Of a stretch of 30,624 bases of DNA, positions 25,747-30,624 are shown piece by piece. How positions within the stretch are numbered: the stretch's first letter is position 1; each line of letters starts with the position of its first letter. Source of the stretch: Escherichia phage 186; the sequence record NC_001317.1. One strand, given 5' to 3'. The translations under genes were made by a program, and so were the position numbers. The notes under the pieces are model-generated. The model was not told the origin of the DNA. It did no database searches and was given only the letters and a program-made list of their open reading frames with translations.

Positions 25747-26747
25747 TTGATTCCCGCTGCTTTGCTGAAAGCACAATAAATATTGTTTCTGTTTCTGGTG
25801 GAAAGGACAGCCTTGCTCAATGGATTCTTGCGGTAGAGAACGACGTACCGCGCACCACTGTTTTTGCAGATACCGGGCATGAGCATTCCCAAACAATGGA
25901 GTATCTGGATTATCTTGAATCCAGACTCGGCCCGGTTATTCGAGTGAAAGCCGATTTTACTCGGCGGATTGAAGGCAAACGGAAATTCATTGCTGAAAAA
26001 TGGCCTGTCTCTCTCGTTGAAGAATGCGGAATGTCTCATGAGCAGGCTGCAGAACGAATCGCAAAGGCACTGGAAATCCTTAAGCCAACCGGTAATCCGT
26101 TTCTCGATTTGTGCATGTGGAAAGGACGGTTCCCGAGCACGAAAGCAAGGTTTTGTTCACTGGAACTGAAACATGACTCAGTACGGGACAAGATTGTACT
26201 CCCAGCGCTGGAGAAATATGACGAAGTAATTCTATGGCAGGGTGTTCGTGCTCAGGAGTCACCAGCCCGCGCTGCGTTACCTATGTGGGAGGAGGATGCA
26301 GATAATACCCCCGGTTTGCATGTGTATCGCCCAATTCTTAACTGGACACATGAAGACGTATTTGCCTTAGCTAAACGACACGGAATTAAACCGAACCCAC
26401 TCTATCAGCAAGGTTGTAGCAGAGTTGGCTGCATGCCATGTATTCATGCAAGAAAATCTGAGCTGGCAGAGATTTTTGCTCGCTGGCCGGAGGAGATTGC
26501 GCGCGTTGCAGAGTGGGAACGTCTTGTTGCTGCCTGTTCACGTCGGGGAAACTCAACATTTTTCCCTTCGACTCACGACCCGCGGCGAGCAGAAAAACGT
26601 ATTGAAGTTGTTACCGTAGAAGAATATGGGATAGCTTCATATCGTGACTGGGCGATGACTACGCGTGGCGGTTCTCAGTACGATTTGCTCGCTGCTACAA
26701 ACGACAAAACTGTGTGCAGTAGCGTTTATGCCGGTGTATGTGAATGA
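25743..26747 (+). CDS. PAPS reductase-like / PP-loop ATP-pyrophosphatase family protein (DndC-like fold)
   Basis: 334 aa with the N-terminal PP-loop SVSGGKDS and a C-terminal Cys cluster (GCSRVGCMPC); translationally coupled upstream and with gene A downstream. Confidence 0.8.
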   Translation: MIDSRCFAESTINIVSVSGGKDSLAQWILAVENDVPRTTVFADTGHEHSQTMEYLDYLESRLGPVIRVKADFTRRIEGKRKFIAEKWPVSLVEECGMSHEQAAERIAKALEILKPTGNPFLDLCMWKGRFPSTKARFCSLELKHDSVRDKIVLPALEKYDEVILWQGVRAQESPARAALPMWEEDADNTPGLHVYRPILNWTHEDVFALAKRHGIKPNPLYQQGCSRVGCMPCIHARKSELAEIFARWPEEIARVAEWERLVAACSRRGNSTFFPSTHDPRRAEKRIEVVTVEEYGIASYRDWAMTTRGGSQYDLLAATNDKTVCSSVYAGVCE

Positions 26748-28828
26748 CGGGTGTCGTTTACGCGTTTCCGTGGAATGCCCCACGGTCGGCAATAGCCAGC
26801 TCATATCTTACCTATGACCAACAGCATCGCCGCGACCGTATGTTCGCGGCTTTGCTGCATGCGAGAAAGGTGCTTTTTCTCCAGCCAGAATGTGTGCGCT
26901 TTGACGTTTATCGCACCGCTGCAGTTCTGGAGCAAAATCAGGGCAGTCAACGAGCCAATGCCTTTTTAATCAGCTTCTGCAAAAAGGCATTACCACGTCT
27001 TGAACTGGTCGCAAAAAAATACGAGTGCTCGGGCATCAACAGCAATGTATCAGCCGCTGTTTTCGATGGTCATTTTGATACCCAGCTTATGCAATATCTG
27101 GCGTCACGCATGGTCAATATGGTCGCCAGATTTAACCGCCTCCCGGATATGTCGCGCGCCGATATTGACCTGCTGGCCGCGGATATCGCTAATTTTATTC
27201 GCGCTGAACTGGCCGACATTGATGACACCGGATTTAGCGAACTCAAAACGCTGTACACTTGGTACATGCGCGCCGGTTTTATTTCCCTGCAATTCAACGT
27301 TACACCGCCGAAATGGGAGCGTGTGACTAAAAAATATTTTTGTGAGGATGAAATCGCACCGGCAGTAATGCGCATGTTTAATGAGGTTTGGTGGCGCGGC
27401 CGCTTGCGACGCATTGCGGCTGCATGGCGCGAACATCTGCAAATTGCAGTCGGCAACGTAAGCAAGAAACGACACGCATACGCGAGTAAAAACTGCGTCA
27501 CCGACTGGCGCGAGCAGAAGCGCCGCACGCGCGAATTTCTCAAGGGGCTGGATCTCGAAGACGAAGAAGGCAACCGCATCAGTCTGATTGAAAAATACGA
27601 CGGCTCGGTCGCTAATCCAGCAATACGCCGCTGTGAGCTGATGGCCCGCATTCGTGGGTTTGAAAATATCTGTAATGAGCTCGGTTATGTCGGGGAGTTC
27701 TATACTCTGACTGCACCGTCTAAATATCACGCCACCACCAAAGCGGGCTACCGTAACAGCAAATGGAACGGTGCAAGCCCGTCAGACACGCAGAGCTATC
27801 TCACAGGCCTTTGGGCACGCATACGCGCCAAGCTGCACCGGGAAGAAATCCGCATTTTCGGAATACGCGTCGCTGAACCGCATCACGATGGAACGCCGCA
27901 CTGGCATATGCTTATGTTCATGTTGCCGGAAGATGTCGAGCGTGTGCGACTCATCATCCGAGATTATGCGTGGGAGGAAGACCACTACGAACTGAGAAGC
28001 GATAAAGCCAAAAAGGCGCGCTTCCATGCTGAGGCCATTGACCCGGAAAAAGGCAGTGCTACTGGCTATGTCGCTAAATACATTTCCAAAAATATCGACG
28101 GTTATGCTCTCGATGGTGAAACCGATGACGAAAGTGGTGAGTTGTTAAAAGAGACTGCACCCGCCGTTTCAGCATGGGCGGCGCGCTGGCACATCCGTCA
28201 GTTTCAATTTATCGGCGGTGCGCCGGTGACGGTATACAGGGAGCTACGCAGAATGGCTGACCCTGAAACAGCCAGGGCGCTCAGTGTTGAATTCGCCGCA
28301 GTGCATGATGCTGCTCACTATGGACGCTGGGCTGATTATGTGAATGCTCAAGGCGGACCATTCGTTCGCCGTGACGATTTACAGGTACGTACATTGTATG
28401 AACCTCGAACTGAATTTAATCAGTATGGCGAAGAAACTGTGTGCATCAAAGGTGTCTACGATGCCTCGATAGGTGCTGGCTCTCCTATTCTAACCCGGTT
28501 AACGCAGTGGAAGATTGTTCCAAAGCGTGCCGTTGATTTGGCCGTTGACGTTAAGGGCGCTTCTGCGCCCTCTCGGAGTTCTGTCAATAACTGTACGGGA
28601 AGCGAAAGCGATCCACCGATACTCGATTTAACAAAACCGCTGAGTCGGCGTGAAAGACGAGAGTTGACGAACCGACTCAGGAAGAAAAAGCCAACAACAC
28701 GGCGAAAATTCATCCACGGAACGGATAAGCAAAACGTCGCTATAACGAAAACTATCGACGAGATACACTCTGACAACCGGCATCACAATCAGCCGGGGCG
28801 AAGCCCTGCACCTGATGGCCGGTGGTAA
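26744..28828 (+). CDS. A: Rolling-circle replication initiator endonuclease (P2/186 gpA family)
   Basis: 694 aa with the HUH-type motif (HHDGTPHWHMLMF) and active-site tyrosine region (GYVAKYISKNIDGYAL); last gene of the early operon. Confidence 0.92.
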   Translation: MTGVVYAFPWNAPRSAIASSYLTYDQQHRRDRMFAALLHARKVLFLQPECVRFDVYRTAAVLEQNQGSQRANAFLISFCKKALPRLELVAKKYECSGINSNVSAAVFDGHFDTQLMQYLASRMVNMVARFNRLPDMSRADIDLLAADIANFIRAELADIDDTGFSELKTLYTWYMRAGFISLQFNVTPPKWERVTKKYFCEDEIAPAVMRMFNEVWWRGRLRRIAAAWREHLQIAVGNVSKKRHAYASKNCVTDWREQKRRTREFLKGLDLEDEEGNRISLIEKYDGSVANPAIRRCELMARIRGFENICNELGYVGEFYTLTAPSKYHATTKAGYRNSKWNGASPSDTQSYLTGLWARIRAKLHREEIRIFGIRVAEPHHDGTPHWHMLMFMLPEDVERVRLIIRDYAWEEDHYELRSDKAKKARFHAEAIDPEKGSATGYVAKYISKNIDGYALDGETDDESGELLKETAPAVSAWAARWHIRQFQFIGGAPVTVYRELRRMADPETARALSVEFAAVHDAAHYGRWADYVNAQGGPFVRRDDLQVRTLYEPRTEFNQYGEETVCIKGVYDASIGAGSPILTRLTQWKIVPKRAVDLAVDVKGASAPSRSSVNNCTGSESDPPILDLTKPLSRRERRELTNRLRKKKPTTRRKFIHGTDKQNVAITKTIDEIHSDNRHHNQPGRSPAPDGRW

Positions 28829-29043
28829 AAGTTGTTTTAACGGTCGATGGGTGCGCGGAACGTCAAAAGGTGAAATCTTTGCTGCAGCTCCTTCACATCA
28901 GGCGAGACGCGGAAAATCCTTAATCGTGTTGCAGATTTAGCTGAGCTGGCAACGAAAATGTAACCGCTAATATTCATCCATATCATGTACATACAGTGTA
29001 TTTAACTGTGATTTTTTTCTTCACACCTTTTGCCAATACGTGC

Positions 29044-29063
29044 TACTGTATGTTTATACAGTA
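29044..29063. promoter_or_regulatory. LexA box (SOS operator) overlapping the promoter of the antirepressor gene
   Basis: TACTGTATGTTTATACAGTA fits the CTGT-N8-ACAG LexA consensus (17 of 20 against TACTGTATATATATACAGTA). A possible -35 TTGCCA (29031..29036) and -10 TATACA (29055..29060) overlap it. Confidence 0.8.
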
Positions 29064-29081
29064 TCTCGTAGTGGAGGTTGT

Positions 29082-29522
29082 GTGGATAGAGAGCTAAATG
29101 AGCACGTTATGATTGAGCGGGTCGAAATGATTGCGCGTCTGACTGCTGAAGGTACTTGTCAGGAAAGAGACCGTGAAATCGCATTGAATCTAATTGCGGA
29201 AATAGCAAGAGGCAACCTAATGAAAAATAATAATTTTTCTGTTGTTTTTTCCGCACCGCCTGTTGGTGAAACATTTGCAAAGGAGGGCAAAGTGAAAGTA
29301 AATATCACGTTGGATAAAGACCAAAAAATCGGCCAGCCGGTAATTGATGCTTTTCAGTGCGAATTGACCAAGCGAATACAGTCCGTTTTCCCGTCAACGC
29401 GCGTTACTGTTAAAAAGGGATCCATGACCGGTGTCGAGCTGATGGGGTTCGATAAAGATTCAGACCGCGAAGCGCTGGATAGCATCCTTCAGGAAGTGTG
29501 GGAAGATGAGAGCTGGCGTTAA
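29082..29522 (+). CDS. tum: SOS-inducible antirepressor with DinI-like C-terminal domain (186 Tum-type)
   Basis: GTG start at 29082 with SD GGAGG 5 nt upstream gives 146 aa. The C-terminal region ELTKRIQSVFPSTRVTVKKGSMTGVELMGFDKDSDREALDSILQEVWEDESW resembles DinI. Sits directly downstream of the LexA box; start-codon choice is inferred. Confidence 0.8.
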   Translation: MDRELNEHVMIERVEMIARLTAEGTCQERDREIALNLIAEIARGNLMKNNNFSVVFSAPPVGETFAKEGKVKVNITLDKDQKIGQPVIDAFQCELTKRIQSVFPSTRVTVKKGSMTGVELMGFDKDSDREALDSILQEVWEDESWR

Positions 29523-29547
29523 TCCCTGAAAAATGTGCAACCATCGA

Positions 29548-29578
29548 CCCCATGTTTGATAGCATGGGGTTGTTTTGT
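29548..29578 (+). terminator. Rho-independent terminator after the antirepressor gene
   Basis: CCCCATG-TTTGATAG-CATGGGG hairpin followed by TTGTTTTGT. Confidence 0.6.
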
Positions 29579-29603
29579 ATGGGATTACACACAAAGGAAA
29601 ATC

Positions 29604-30335
29604 ATGGATACCGTAATAGCATTTTTATCTCTGGCTCTCTTTATTGCTTTTATCGTCGGGTTAATCAAGCCGTCGCTGGTTCGAATGCCGAGCCGTAAGC
29701 GCTCCAGTGCTGTTTATCTCGGTGGCTGTCTGGCGCTGGGCGTTATTGGCTCAATCTTATGGCCGACTGAAAAAACTCAGCCGGTGGCAAAAACTGACGT
29801 ACCGGCGGTTAAAGCGGAACCGGCTACGCCAACGTTTGAGTACGCAGATAAAACCCTCAAAGAATATCGCAACGAGCCAAAAGAAACCCGGCACGAAATC
29901 GTTAAAGACTATGTTGGATTCAAAGGTGTGCAGGCCAGCGCTACCGATGTTTTTTATGCCTGTATGAGCGAGTACACTTTTACCAAAGATGATGCGTTAA
30001 AGCTCAGTGATGTGTTGGGGTGGTGTTTCAACGACTTCGAGAAAGATCCACAATCTCTGAATAATAAAATCAACCTTGACGAATTTCAGGGTAATTTTAG
30101 CGGTTGGGATGGCTCTTATCGCCCGTTAGAGAAGCTGATAAAAGCCAGTATGAATGATGATTCCTCTTATAAACATGTTTCAACGGTCTACCATCTGATT
30201 TTGAATAAAGACCCGCATGCCGTTGTAAAAACAACGTTTCGCGGCACTAATGCTTATGGTGGCGTGGTCAAACAGACCGTAGCAGCACGCGTCAACGTGC
30301 GAACGGGCGAGGTCGATTCAATACTCGACAATTAA
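29604..30335 (+). CDS. Membrane-anchored protein of unknown function (N-terminal TM helix plus about 200-aa soluble domain)
   Basis: ORF-track start 29535 would read through the terminator; the ATG at 29604 with SD AAGGAAA gives 243 aa. One hydrophobic helix (VIAFLSLALFIAFIVGLI), a second hydrophobic stretch (VYLGGCLALGVIGSILW), then a hydrophilic domain. Confidence 0.65.
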   Translation: MDTVIAFLSLALFIAFIVGLIKPSLVRMPSRKRSSAVYLGGCLALGVIGSILWPTEKTQPVAKTDVPAVKAEPATPTFEYADKTLKEYRNEPKETRHEIVKDYVGFKGVQASATDVFYACMSEYTFTKDDALKLSDVLGWCFNDFEKDPQSLNNKINLDEFQGNFSGWDGSYRPLEKLIKASMNDDSSYKHVSTVYHLILNKDPHAVVKTTFRGTNAYGGVVKQTVAARVNVRTGEVDSILDN

Positions 30336-30436
30336 ACATGACAAACGCCGCCGGTGCTGAAACTCGCTTTCAGTGCTGGCGGGGTTGAACAACGAGCCCC
30401 GCGAGGCGTTAGCCTACCCCTGAGCAACCGCCCAAG

Positions 30437-30464
30437 ACCGGTACTATTAAAGCCGGTTTTTTTA
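30437..30464 (+). terminator. Weak hairpin plus T7 run downstream of the last gene
   Basis: ACCGG-N11-CCGGT followed by TTTTTTT; the stem is only 5 bp. Confidence 0.3.
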
Positions 30465-30624
30465 TGCCACTTTTCCACGAATTTCCCGTTTTTTTAGCCG
30501 TGCATGCAACAGGTGCATTGTTTTGCATGCGTCAGGCTTGCCCGTTCTGGTTGTGCGTCGCCAGAGCTGGCGCGGCTCCAGAGTGGTCATGCAACTGCAT
30601 TAAAACCGACCCATAAAGTGGGCA

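Larger units (their letters stand above)
1..30624. mobile_element. Complete or near-complete P2/186-family temperate phage genome in virion (cos-to-cos) gene order
   Basis: Uninterrupted synteny of portal/terminase, head, lysis, baseplate, tail fiber, sheath/tube, tape measure, Ogr-like activator, attP, int, repressor, early operon and replication initiator A. The cohesive-end-like sequence is at position 1, and int/att are internal rather than at the ends as they would be in a prophage. Confidence 0.85.

Noticed and set aside
28993-29009. Second LexA-like element ACAG-N9-CTGT upstream of the LexA box
   Set aside because: The half-sites are in the opposite arrangement to the CTGT-N8-ACAG consensus and the spacing is wrong; likely coincidental dyad symmetry. 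It could still be a binding site for another factor.
29535-29603. Upstream extension of the last ORF (track start 29535)
   Set aside because: The extension covers the terminator hairpin that follows the antirepressor gene and has no SD; the ATG at 29604 has a good SD and starts right at the hydrophobic N-terminus.

Overview
The window reads as an essentially complete temperate myophage genome of the P2/186 family, laid out in virion (cos-to-cos) order rather than prophage order. It opens with a P2-type cohesive-end sequence. A leftward terminase/portal operon (3730 to 196) is followed by a rightward late cluster (3896 to 20542: scaffold, major capsid, small terminase, head completion, lysis cassette, baseplate, tail fiber, sheath/tube, frameshifted chaperone pair, tape measure, tail proteins) and an Ogr/B-type late activator. 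Next come an attP core identical to the 3' end of a tRNA-Ile(CAU), a leftward int-cI operon, a rightward apl-cII early operon running through accessory genes into the rolling-circle initiator A, and finally a LexA-box-controlled DinI-like antirepressor (tum) and a membrane-anchored ORF near the right end. From memory, the lysogeny switch (192-aa CI, Apl, 169-aa CII, Tum) and overall layout match coliphage 186; this is recollection, not a database result. I see no clearly new multi-gene system. The most unusual items are a terminase ATPase-domain-only paralog wedged between terminase and portal, a small tandem-repeat protein co-transcribed with integrase next to attP, and a DnaQ-like exonuclease plus PAPS-reductase-like enzyme in the early operon. 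Whether any of these is already described cannot be judged without a database search. All ORF-track starts were re-examined; several are moved to internal ATG/GTG codons with Shine-Dalgarno support.
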